From positions 417,136,001-417,200,000 of the forward strand of contig NW_027362771.1 of NCBI RefSeq assembly GCF_046119375.1: a stretch of DNA of 64,000 bases. The letters run 5' to 3'. The stretch comes from Phyllobates terribilis. Taxonomy: Eukaryota. Positions 38,183-50,413 of this stretch are shown here, piece after piece. Every line of letters starts with the position of its first letter. Position 1 is the first letter of the stretch. The translations under genes were made by a program, and so were the position numbers. The notes under the pieces were generated by a model that had not been told where the DNA came from, ran no database searches, and saw nothing but the letters and a program-made list of their open reading frames with translations.

Positions 38183-39700
38183 TGTATTATAGTGCGTGTC
38201 TGGACATCTCCTGCTGGCTGGCAGCCTTCACCCAAGACATCCACTGGTCTCTGTAGCAGGTACCCGTGTTCCTGGAATCTTGCACGCACTCTTGCACCAA
38301 CTGTGGTAAGACGCCTCACTGGGCCACTTCCGGAAGTAGACTCAGGAACCGTGATTTCTCTGCAGGCTTTATTATGTGGCATAAAGCCCTGCAGCTCCAG
38401 CAAAAATAAACACGGCCTTACTGCCAAAACAAAAAAACAAAAGATAAATGATAGCACAGTCCATAGCAATGTGGGGTTTGCCCACATAGGTTGCAGTCCC
38501 AGCTTTCAGCTACTCTCTGAGCTATGGATGTCCAATCTGGAGACCTTGCCTCTCCAAACACAACACAGAGAAAAAAAACAGGACTGAACATTTAAACGTT
38601 GCTCAGCCACACCCTGAGGCGGAGGTATGGTAAATGACTTCCTTCCCATCTCTACGTCATTCCCATAAAACCACACCCTTTAAAAGAGTTAACCCCCAGC
38701 ATATAACATGCTGGCAGAAAGTTTATTGGTTTCAGTTCACACAGGCTAGCAACCTGCGTGACACATACCTCCCCTCATATATCATACTAGTATATATATA
38801 CACACACACACACACGCGTGACAGTATATACAGTGTAACATACATTTTTACTCAGGATAGGCTGAAGACAGTTTGTATAGTTTAATCCAGCAGCTCCAGG
38901 CTCCACCTGCCCCCCAATAAACCTGTCATGCTGAATCTCAGTCAGCTAGAAAGGTTTTAGTCTGTTTTAGTCTGCACTAGCTTTTCCGCTGGTCCTATCA
39001 GATTCAGTGAACAGAGTAATGCGTGTATACAATACCTGACAGGACACTGCCCTCACCCGACATGTCTTTTAACACATCCAATTATAGAAATTATTATTAT
39101 TTCAAGATCTATTAATTAAAGGTCAATAGATCTTTGTTCGTGGGACAACCCTTTTAAAGGGGTTTTCACGAGCGGTCCAGAATGATTGACAGCTCAGCCC
39201 AGTAATATTGTCATGCCACTGGCCCCAACTGTGCGCTCTCGGCTGGTGCTTGCAGAGGCAGCTTTGCCTTTACAGTATTGGAGAAGTGCAGGGGCACTAA
39301 AGGATTCTGCCAGCTTCAAATTAATGATTTAAAGCTCTCTAGTAAAAAGCTTGTAAGCTTTGCGCACCTTGTGTAGGAAACTGATGATAGTATGTAGTAT
39401 GTATTGGTGGCTGGAAACCTAGGTAATGAGCGTTTCACAATAGAATTAAAAATTTTCCTTCATTCTTGAAATAGGAAAGAATTTTTAATTAGAGGCAAAT
39501 TTTCACAAGCACTTTGCAATTTTACAATAAATCCTTCACCAGCACATTATTTTTTCCCTTTGGTGGTGCAGAGTATGTAGTTCTGTTTATTAAAAATTTA
39601 ATGTTCTGTAATGTTCTGTTACATAAAAAAGATAATTTTCTGTAACGGATGGAAAATATGTTACAGCAAATCGAGAAGTCCATCAAAAGGAAAATCCAAC

Positions 39701-39796
39701 TCAACTTTTGGCTGCTTCACTCTTTAGTTTTTCTAAAACAATTTCTGGCGAGATCGCGGCTGAGATCTTCACTACTTTCTCCCGACTTTTGCCACC
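39701..39796 (-). CDS. c15orf40: C15orf40 / UPF0235 exon 4 (terminal)
   Basis: Acceptor [42 protein letters not shown] (human [31 protein letters not shown]); AATAAA on - at 39591-39586. Confidence 0.95.
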   Translation of the reverse strand, partial: [31 protein letters not shown]

Positions 39797-40272
39797 CTGT
39801 AATGATAATATTAGGCAGTTTTTTTATCAGTATTTTTAACAAAGCAGGAGCATTTGACATAGTGGTGCAGTATATCTATCTTTCTATCTCGACATCTCCA
39901 AGCACACTAACATCATCAGCTAAATTCCTCGCTGTGCGGTGTTTTGATGCTTTGATCTTTCTAAATTTCTATATGTCGAAATAGCAATTATTCCTGCTGC
40001 CTCATGCAAATCCTCGAGCCTCTTCCATCAAACCGCTCAGCGCATACAGCAAAAATGGGAATAAATAGTGGCAAATGATTGGCCGAATCCGTTGTCCATG
40101 CAAACAAAATCCAACCTGATATTCAGAAGACCATAGTCTCCTGTCAGCCATTTAAAAAAAAAATGGTTTTATATATATTTCACAAATGTTCATCGAATAA
40201 AAATTGTTAACATCATCCAATTCTGGGGATTTTTTTTCTTGTGTGTATGGGCCACTTTAGAGACTGATATTA

Positions 40273-41392
40273 CTCCTTCACACCATGGCCATTTTCTGTT
40301 TTTTTTTTGCATTTTCATTTTTCCCTCCCCTTTTTCCAAGAACAGTAACTTTTATTTTTCCATTGACATAGCTGTAAGAGGGATTGTTTTTTTTTGTATG
40401 AGTTGTACTTTTGAAAGACACAAATTATTTTATCATGCGATTTAATGGAAAGCGGGAAAAAAATTGCAACTGCAGTAAAAGTTGGAAAAAAGGCAATTCT
40501 ACAACTTTTGGGTTTTTTATTTAAAGTGTTCACTATACAGTACAAATTACCCAGCAATATTATTCTCCAGGTCAGTATGATTAGTTCAATACCAAACATG
40601 CATAGTTGTTTTTTTTTAACTTAAGTGGTGGAAAAAAAAATGGAAATTTGTCCCCCAAAATTTTTTTCTTGTGTCACCATTTTTGAGGCTCATTACATTT
40701 TCAATTTCCAGTCGATGTGGCTTTGTTTTTTGCATCCTGAGCAGACATTTTTATTGATACCATTTTGGGGTACATGTCATGTTTGATTGCCTCTTATTGC
40801 ATTCTTTCGCATTGTTGCGGCGGCCGAAAAAATGTAACTCTGGCGTTAATATTTTTTAAATGTATCAATTTTATATTTTGATAGATTGAACTTTTCCTGA
40901 CGTAAAGATACCACATATGTGTATTTTTGTTATTATTTTTAAAGGGGTTGATTTGAACTTTTATATATATATTTTTTCAAACAATTTGTTTTTCACCTTT
41001 TGTCACTGCATTTGTTAGTCTCATCCAATCACTTATGATACAGCAATACTGTATATATAAAAAAATCAAGGTCTCCTATGAACGCCAGCCAGAATCTGGC
41101 ATTCACAGGAGTACCGTCATGACAGGGACAGGGTTCTTTAGCAGACCCCCAGCCATCATGGCAACCCATCGGTGCCCCGCAATCGCGTCAGGGGGCATCA
41201 GTAAGTGCATAGAATTTACAGTGTGTTGTAAATACTGATGTCAGATATTGACAGTGGTATTTAACAGGTTAACAGCTGTTAAATGATATCACAGCCATCA
41301 TCTTCCAACAAAGACGTGGGCTCAGTTTCTGTGCCCGTGTCAAAGTCAGAGCCAGCATATGACATAGCTGTACATCATATGTTGGTAAAGGG
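40273..41392 (+). mobile_element. piggyBac-like non-autonomous element in C15orf40 intron 3
   Basis: Ends AAAGGG + TTAA (41393-41396); body similar to the 6716-7990 family; left end degenerate. Confidence 0.6.
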
Positions 41393-41416
41393 TTAACAAA
41401 AATACAAAACACTTAC

Positions 41417-41544
41417 CTTATCCAAATTGACTTCACTTTTCTTTATTTCCAGGACCTTTGACAGATAGCGGCATAATTCAGCATTTGCTTCTCCATCAGA
41501 TGGAGGAGCCGCTATAGCAACTCCAACAGCCTCTGTTGTCACAT
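41417..41544 (-). CDS. c15orf40: C15orf40 exon 3
   Basis: (D)[42 protein letters not shown]; acceptor CTATAG, donor GTAAGT; 128 nt. Confidence 0.97.
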
Positions 41545-43112
41545 CTATAGTACAGATATAACACGGTCAATGAATTAACAAAGTATTGTATACAGATCTT
41601 ATCTGTGAATGCAAATGAAGATGATGCGTTCAAAGGGTATTTTCATGTTTGAAAGTTGAGGATAGGGGATAACTTTCCGTTCGCTGCGGGTTTGACCGCT
41701 GTGAGCCCCAACAATCTCGAGAATGGAATAGTGGTCTATCAAGTGCATCGTCGCTCCATTCATTCTAATGGGAGTGCCAAAGACCAGCTGAGTTCGGCAA
41801 TCGCCGATGCTCTCATTAAGTCAACAGCCCCAATATCGGTATTTGGTCAGTATTCGGTCAGTATTTTTTCTCAGGAGTGGGAGCCAAAACCAGGTGAGGA
41901 ACAATCAGAGAAAAGGTATAATAGAAACAAGTCACCAATTCTGCATTTATCACCCACTCCTGGTTTTGGCTTCCACTCCTGAGAAAAATTATTGACCAAA
42001 TACTGATAGTGGGGCTGTGGCCTTAATGAGAGCACCGGCGATTGTCGAGCTCAGCTGATCTTTGGCACTCCCATTAGAATGAATGGAGCAACGGTGCGCT
42101 TGATCGACCGCTATTCTATTCTCGAGATTGCTGGGGCCTAAGAGTGAATAGAGTGGCAATGCACACGATCGACCGCCTCTCCATTCAGCCAAGGCTATTC
42201 AAACCCCCGGTTCTCGGGATAGCCAGGGGCCACGGCAGTCAGACTCCAGCTATTGGAAATGTATCCTCTATTCCTTTGCCTACGATAAAACTTTGAAACC
42301 TGAGAACATCCCTTTTAGAATAGCATGATGGGAAATATTAGCCTGAAGTTTCTGGTCTTTGTATAACACCCATACATAAGTTTATGGCTTATAATGTTTA
42401 TTAATGAATCTCCCAACCTTAAAAAAATTGTGGAAAACTGACCAAAATTATGAAAATATAAAAGCACCTTTAATCAGACATAGCTATTTTATTAGGACAA
42501 TTACACCTAGTTGTGTGCTGGTGCTAGAGGGAGCCCTCACGTGAGCACCATCTTCAAGTAATTTATTTTTAACAAACACCGACAAAAGTAGCAAAAATGG
42601 TGCAAGAATGTAAGTAAATAACTTAATGCGCCATTCTCTGATCTAAAGAAAAACTCTTCCAAAATGTGCACCTGGTCTCACCTGGCATTCCAGGACTTTG
42701 GCTCATTTCACTCATCTGACAAGCATGGTCCAAGTACCAACCGTGATGTGCACATTTTTACATTGCTGTTCATTATGTTCACTTACCGTAGTGGTTCGGC
42801 GACACTTTTACAGATGGATTCCAGGCGGAATCCGCCTGAAAAAGATGTTGTGTGCATATAGCATTAGGGTATTTTCTGTCTTGAAAATCCAGTGTAATAT
42901 AAAAGCAACATAAAATGCTCATTTCATGAAAACTTTCATAAAGGAGAGGATTTTCAAAGTAATTACACTATTGGGTCTCGTGAAATCTGGTGACAAATGT
43001 GCTTTATAGTGATTCTTTACACAGGGGACTTCCATCAACAATGTGTCCAAGCTACAGCCAAGCATATCCCTAGAACACCGGGAAATTTAGAATCAGGAAC
43101 ATAAGGTATTAC

Positions 43113-43239
43113 CTGTTACACAATTCACTTTAGATCCCGGTTTGGCATGTATAGATATTAAAACAAAGCCACTTTTGTCTATTACAACTGGACCTGTAGG
43201 ATGGGCAACCTGTGCCGATTCCTTCTTCTGTCCTTTTCC
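43113..43239 (-). CDS. c15orf40: C15orf40 exon 2
   Basis: GKGQKKESAQVAHPTGPVVIDKSGFVLISIHAKPGSKVNCVT(D); acceptor CCTTACAG, donor GTAATA; 127 nt. Confidence 0.95.
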
Positions 43240-45762
43240 CTGTAAGGTACAATTACATCAGTGTGAGGAATTTCAATTATACAGATACAATAGGAAATAA
43301 GTATGTAAGAACAGTGTATGGGCCCCTTATACTCTAATTGTTCATCATAGAGCGCCCCCATCAGTAATTGTAAGTTATGAAATTCACTTAGCCTAATTCA
43401 CCTGATCACATAATGATGTGCGGGACACACAAACCTGCACCCCAATATCTCTATACCCCCCTCCAAATTATCAAAATAATCTAGCTCTCTAAAACAGGAG
43501 AGACGAGGGAGCCTTTACACATACAGATCTGACCGATATTATTTATATTGATATGTATAAGTGAACAAATGATAGGATAGAAATATGGCCAAAAACTGAT
43601 CGGAATGTGTAAAAGGCTGGGGTTCCACGTGGCGGCCAGATCGGGGACAGGCTGTAATGTAGCTGACTAGCAGGTCCTAGCAGATTTCCACTGAATCATT
43701 AAAAATTGTCAATTGCTTGATAAATGTTAATGTTCTGCAAAAGCAGTGTGATGCTGAATGTTAGGTAAAATCCCAGCTTGAATCACAATGATTGCAGCGT
43801 GTAATCAGCATCTAAAGAGCCATTGGACATCTCTATTATGGGGAATAGAAAGGCATTATTTTAGGATGATCTTAATAGATGGATACAAAATATCTGTGAG
43901 TATAAATGGCCAACTCAGACCGTCATCATTTGTAAGATCGGTGCGATTGGTCAGAAATCTGTGTGTATATCCAGAGGTAACAGATCCATAACTAGTGAAG
44001 ATAGATATAGGTCTCTTTCTACACATTCACACAGGGAAAGACCTGTCACTCCAGGACAGTGGGTGGGGAGAAGCCTCTGGGGACCCACCTGTCCGACTAA
44101 TCTCCATCGCGGCTAGGTCTCCAGCAGCTGTTAAACTTTCTCTGAAACACTGGAGCATTTCAGAGTTAAACATATATGGCCGAAATCATGCAGCCACAGT
44201 ATGATACCTGCTGCCCATGGATCAGGCCGATGTGTCAGCTGTCAGGATTCCTTTAATACTAGTAAGGCCACGGCCCCACTATCAGTATTTGGTCAGTATT
44301 TTTATGAAATTGCAGAAATCTCATGCACACATCTAAGTTTTTTTTAATCAGGATTTTGTGCTTTGAGTGTTTTTTTGCAAAATAGAGCATGTCACTTCTT
44401 TCAGCGTTTTTTCACCCATTGGAAGTAATGGGTGGTGGAAAAAAACGAAAAAATGCATCAAAATCGCACGTGACAGGTTTTTCAGCATTTTTATCAGTGT
44501 TATTTTGTGCCAAAACCAGAATGAGATTTTGTTTTTCACTGAACTTTAAGTACACGCATAAGAGACAAAAGGACAGTGAAAAAAAAGCTGAAAAAATGCA
44601 CCAAAAAACAAGCAAAAAAGCAAGAACAATCCTGAACAAACCTCCTGGCAAGAGATCAGGTTTTGCTGCAGAAAAAAAATGCAGCAAAAACACAATGTGT
44701 GAACATAGTCTATAGGGATTGCCTGGACTTGAGACAAAAAGTCTGCAATGACTCTACGGCCGCGTTCACAAGTTCAGTATTTGTAGCCAAGACCAGGAGT
44801 GGGTGATAAATACAGAAGTGGTGACGTGTTTCTATTACACTTTTCCTCTGATTGTTCCACTCCTGATTTTGGCTACAAATACTGAGGTAAAATACTGACC
44901 ACGTACTGAATGTGTGCACGTGGCTTTAGGGACTGCAGCTTGCTGTGAAGGCGTGCAGTGCACACTGTCACAATTCCCCAGTATTCTTGGTGTGAGCAAG
45001 CGGTCACATGACAGCACACTTCAGTGACGTTTGGTATGATCAGACCATGCTCCTGTCCGGTCAGACACAGCCATTACACAGTACACAGCAGGGGCACATT
45101 TATAAGATTATCTCAGCACAGGAACATTTCATTTAAACACATCCAATTGTGGAACTTATTATTATTCCAAGAACTATTGATTAAAATGAACTTGGTTTTC
45201 CCACGAATATACAAATATACTTTGTTTGCGGGAAAACCCCTTTAAATTAAAGAAAACTGGATCCAGCACGCTGCTGACAAAAATTGGCAATTTTTTTTTT
45301 TACATGTGAGGCCTGAGTGGCCACCGCTGAGATTCAGCAACATTGGTAATTGTACAGCGGGGCATGTTATCCAGTCACATGAAGCGTGCCTGACGAAGTG
45401 GTTGACCAGGGTTAAAAAAAAAAAAGTGATATATATATAATTACTACAAAGACATAGCAGCAGAGATGTCATAGAAAGATACCCAGTACTGACTTGTCTG
45501 GGTTTACTTTGCAGCAGTACAGCCACATGACCACTGCCGAGGTCAGTGATTGGCTGCACTGGTCCTGTGCAGATACAGCAGGTGATCGCTGCAGTAAAGT
45601 GGGAGCGGCAGAGGGGGGTCACTCTCCTAGAGGGGACTCACTATCTCATAGAGGGGCTGACTCTCGTATACAGGGGCCCAGTCTCCTACCGAGGGGCCCG
45701 GACTCTCTCATACAGCGGCTCTGTCTCCTACATAGGTGATAAATGACCTAGACGCGGTGCAG

Positions 45763-48700
45763 CGCGCGGCCTGAGCCGGGAGGAGCGGAGCGGGGCGCGG
45801 CCTGAGCCGGGAGGAGCGGGGCGCGGCCTGAGCCGGGGGGGAGCGGGGCAGCGCGGCTTGAGCCGGGGGAGAGCGGGGCAGCGCGGCCTGAGCGGGGGGG
45901 GGGAGCGGCCTGAGCCGGGGGGGGGGGAGCGGGGCAGCGCGGCCTGAGCGGGGGGGGGAGCGGCCTGAGCCGGGGGGGGGGGAGCGGGGCAGCGCGGCCT
46001 GAGCGGGGGGAGCAGGGCGCGGCCTGAGTCGGGGTGGGGGGGGAGCGGGGCGCGGCCTGAGCCTGGGGGGGGGGGAGCGGGGCGCAGCCTGAGCCGGGGG
46101 GGGGGAGCGGGGCGCGGCCTGAGCCGGGAGGAGCGGGGCAGTGGCCTGAGCCGGGGGAGGAGCGGGGAGCGGGGCGCGGCCTGACCTGGGGGGGAGCGGG
46201 GCAGCGCGGCCTGACCCGCGGGAGGGAGAGGGGCGCGGCCTGAGCCAGGGGGGGAGCGGGGCGCGGCCTGAGCCGGGGGGGGGAGCGGGGCGCGGCCTGA
46301 GCCGGGGGGAGCGGGGCGCGGCCTGAGCCGGGGGGGAGGAGCGGGGCGCGGCCTGAGCCGGGGGGGGAGCGGGGCACGGCCGGAGCCGGGGGGGAGGAGC
46401 GGGGCGCGGCCTGAGCCGGGGGGAGCGGGGCGCGGCCTGAGCCGGGGGGGGGGTTGCGGGGCGCGGCCTGAGCCGGGGGGAGGGGGGCAGCGGCCTGAGC
46501 CGGGGGGGAGGAGCGGGGCAGTGGCCTGAGCCGGGGGGGAGGAGCGGGGCGCGGCCTGAGCCGGGGGGGAGGAGCGGGGCGCGGCCTGAGCCGGGGGGGA
46601 GGAGCGGGGCGCGGCCTGAGCCGGGGGGGGGTTGCGGGGCGCGGCCTGAGCCGGGGGGAGCGGGGCAGCGGCCTGAGCCGGGGGGAGGAGCGGGGCGCGG
46701 CCTGAGCCGGGGGGAGCGGGACAGTGGCCTGAGCCGGGGGGGAGGAGTGGGGCGTGGCCTGAGTCGGGGGGGAGGAGCGGGGCGCGGCCTGAGCCGGGGG
46801 GAGGAGCGGGGCGCGGCCTGAGCCGGGGGGGAGCGGGGCAGTGGCCTGAGCCGGGGGGAGCGGGACAGTGGCCTGAGCCGGGGGGGGGGGGGGGGGGGTT
46901 GCGGGGCGCGGCCTGAGTTGGGGGGGGTTGCGGGGCGCGGCCTGAGCCGGGGGGAGCGGGGCAGCGGCCTGAGCCGGGGGGAGGAGCGGGGCGCGGCCTG
47001 AGCCGGGGGGAGCGGGACAGTGGCCTGAGCCGGGGGGGAGGAGTGGGGCGCGGCCTGAGTCGGGGGGGAGGAGCGGGGCGCGGCCTGAGCCGGGGGGAGG
47101 AGCGGGGCGCGGCCTGAGCCGGGGGGGAGCGGGGCAGTGGCCTGAGCCGGGGGGAGCGGGACAGTGGCCTGAGCCGGGGGGGGGGGGGTTGCGGGGCGCG
47201 GCCTGAGTTGGGGGGGGAGGAGCGGGGCGCGGCCTGAGCCGGGGGGAGCGGGGCAGCGGCCTGAGCCGGGGGGAGGAGCGGGGCGCGGCCTGAGCCGGGG
47301 GGAGCGGGACAGTGGCCTGAGCCGGGGGGGAGGAGTGGGGCGCGGCCTGAGTCGGGGGGGAGGAGCGGGGCGCGGCCTGAGCCGGGGGGAGGAGCGGGGC
47401 GCGGCCTGAGCCGGGGGGGAGCGGGGCAGTGGCCTGAGCCGGGGGGAGCGGGACAGTGGCCTGAGCCGGGGGGGGGGGGTTGCGGGGCGCGGCCTGAGTT
47501 GGGGGGGGAGGAGCGGGGCGCAGCCTGAGCCGGGGGGGAGGAGCGGGGCGCGGCCTGAGCCGGGGGGGAGCGGGGCAGTGGCCTGAGCCGGGGGAGAGGA
47601 GCGGGGCGCGGCCTGAGCCGGGGGGGAGCGGGGCAGTGGCCTGAGCCGGGGGGAGCGGGACAGTGGCCTGAGCCGGGGGGGGGGGTTGCGGGGCGCGGCC
47701 TGAGTCGGGGGGGAGGAGCGGGGCGCGGCCTGAGCCGGGGGGGGAGGAGCGGGGCGCGGCCTGAGCCGGGGGGGAGGAGCGGGGCGCGGCCTGAGCCGGG
47801 GGGGGAGCGGGGCAGTGGCCTGAGCCGGGGGGGAGGAGCGGGGCGCGGCCTGAGCCGGGGGGGAGGAGCGGGGCGCGGCCTGAGCCGGGGGGGAGGAGCG
47901 GGGCGCGGCCTGAGCCGGGGGGGGAGCGGGGCAGTGGCCTGAGCCGGGGGGGAGGAGCGGTGCGCGGCCTGAGCCGGGGGGGAGGAGCGGGGCGCGGCCT
48001 GAGCCGGGGGGGAGCGGGGCAGTGGCCTGAGCCGGGGGGGAGGAGCGGGGCGCGGCCTGAGCCGGGGGGGAGCGGGGCGCGGCCTGAGCCAGGGGAGGGG
48101 GGGAGCGGGGCAGCGGCCTGAGCCGGGGGGAGGAGCGGGGCGCGGCCTGAGCCGGGGGGAGGAGCGGGTCGTGGCCTGAGCCGGGGGGGAGGAGCGGGGC
48201 AGCGGCCTGAGCCGGGGAGGAGGAGCGGGGCAGCGGCCTGAGCCGGGGGGGAGGAGCGGGGCAGCGGCCTGAGCCGGGGGGGAGGAGCGGGGCGCGGCCT
48301 GAGCCGGGGGGAGCGGGGCAGCGGCCTGAGCTGGGGGGAGCGGGGCGCGGCCTGAGCCGGGGGGGGGGGAGCGGGGCAGCGGCCTGAGCCGGGGGGAGGA
48401 GCGGGGCGCGGCCTGAGCCGGGGGGGGGGAGCGGGGCGCGGCCTGAGCCGGGGGGGGCGGGGCGCGGCCTGAGCCGGGGGGGAGGAGCGGGGCGCGGTCT
48501 GAGCGGGGGGAGGCGCGAGGCGCGGCCTGAGCCGGGGGGGGGGAGCGGGGCGCGGCCTGAGCCGGGGGGGGGGAGCGGGGCGCGGCCTGAGCTGGGGGGA
48601 GGAGCGGGGCGCGGCCTGAGCGGGGGGAGGAGCGGGGCACAGCCTGAGCGGGGGGAGGAGCGGGGCGCGGCCTGAGCCGGGGGGGAGGAGCGGGGCGCGG

Positions 48701-49010
48701 CCTGAGCGGGGGGAGGAGCGGGGCGCGGCCTGAGCGGGGGGGGAGGAGCGGGGCGCGGCCTGAGCCGGGGGGAGTAGCGGGGCGCGGCCTGAGCGGGGGG
48801 AGGAGCGGGGCGCAGCCTGAGCGGGGGGAGGAGCGGGGCGCGGCCTGAGCCGGGAGGAGGAGCGGGGCAGCGGCCTGAGCCGGGGGGAGGAGCGGGGCGC
48901 GGCCTGAGCGGGGGGAGGAGCGGGGCACGGCCTGAGCCGGGGGGAGGAGCGGGGCAGCGGCCTGAGCCGGGGGGAGGAGCGGGGCGCGGCCTGAGCCGGG
49001 AGGAGCGGGG
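45763..49010. repeat. ~3.25 kb G-rich/CpG-rich minisatellite (~28-bp unit GGAGCGGGGCGCGGCCTGAGCCGGGGGG) in C15orf40 intron 1
   Basis: Roughly 110-120 units by length estimate, with variable G-run length and variant units. Confidence 0.97.
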
Positions 49011-49047
49011 CTCGGGTAGCCGCTGTTCCCGGGGCGGCCGCAGTCAC

Positions 49048-49152
49048 CTCTTTGCTTTGCTTCCTGGGCGGCATGGTGTGAGCAGCGGCAGCCGCGGCCC
49101 TGAGAGGAGCAGTCACTCCACGTAGAGCCGTGCAGCGTGCCCGCAGCAGCAT
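49048..49152 (-). CDS. c15orf40: C15orf40 exon 1
   Basis: MLLRARCTALRGVTAPLRAAAAAAHTMPPRKQSKE, then donor GAG|GTGACT; phase 0 joins exon 2. Arg/Leu/Ala-rich leader then MP.K as in human (MLRLRSGLRHLRA...MPKK). Total 456 nt = 151 aa. Confidence 0.85.
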
Positions 49153-50413
49153 GGATCCTCTCCTGAACACTGGGGGGCGCTGTCTGCCAGTCCTGAGAGC
49201 CTCCCCGCCTCGGCTGTGAGGAGGCGGGCCTCCGGGCGTTACAGCCATACTATTGTGTGTGCGGCAGTGAAGTGTTCACGCAGAAACTCCGTGTTATCTT
49301 TCTGCTGTGTTCTCTAGTGACCGTGGGAAGATGTCGTTATAATCCTGATCTCAGAATCCCGCTGCTAAGCGTCAAAACAGTAACTTTGTTACTATGGGCA
49401 ACAACACCATCTGCCTTTGCTCTAGTTTTGATAACTCTCCCCCAGATTGTCTGTATATAAAGGCCAAAAATAACTGCAAATCAGCAGCACGTTAATGCCC
49501 CCGATGAGTACCAGCCTGCGGCCCGACGCTGCAGAAGAGCCGCTAGCGGCTTCCGCACGTCTATGCAAATGAGTGGCGCCATTTTTTTCCCATGCGGACT
49601 TTCCTCATAGAGGTCAGGTCTATAGGGAAAGGCCGCAAGAGGAATTGACATGATGCCGTCTGGAAAGACGCGCCACATGTCAGGCCACTATGCTGTAACA
49701 TCTGGCCTCTGCGGGTGTGACGCTCTTTACAGTGTTTAGCAATAGGGTTAACTTTATATTTTGATAGATTTTACTTTTCCAGACACAGTGATACCACAAG
49801 TGCATTTATTTTATTTCTTTAATTTTAATGAGAAGAAAAGAGGCATTAATTTAAACTTTTTAATATTTTTATTTCTTTTCATATTTTTGAACTTTTTTTT
49901 TTATTTTTACTGTATTTTCTAGACCCCATTGGGAACATGAACCTGCAATCAGCCGATTGTTTGTACTATATATAACAATACCACAGTATTGCTGTATATT
50001 GTGAAAATTATATGAAGTCCAGCCACAGGCTGCATAACATGCACGTGGGTCTTCAAAACCCAGCTGTCACAGACCCCCAACTGTCTTGGCAACCTATAGG
50101 TACCCTGCATTCAAGTCACAGGGAAGCTGATGGGCGCTTAGAATGGCGGGCCACCCTGGCCGTGCTCTGTAAATGCTGCTGTCAGAGATTGAAAGCGGCA
50201 TTTAACAGGTTAACAACAAAGATCAGTTTCACCCACGGTTGTTAGAGGCAGATGATGGCAGAATAACACAGCCATCATCTGCCAGGAAAGATGCCTGCAT
50301 CAAAGACAGGGAGCCAATATTGAAGATACAAGTACGTCCAATGTCAGAAAGAGGTCAGTAGCAGATAACACGTACAAAGTGCACTTAGGATGTGTGCAGA
50401 ACCATCGATAATA

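Noticed and set aside
38039-38190. 8-bp inverted repeat flanking the N gap (ATAATACA / TGTATTAT)
   Set aside because: Too short to be significant and may be a scaffolding artefact.
45728-49248. 1066-aa and 1166-aa ORFs as standalone genes
   Set aside because: They are translations of a minisatellite whose C-rich strand lacks stop codons; only 49152-49048 is a real exon (C15orf40).
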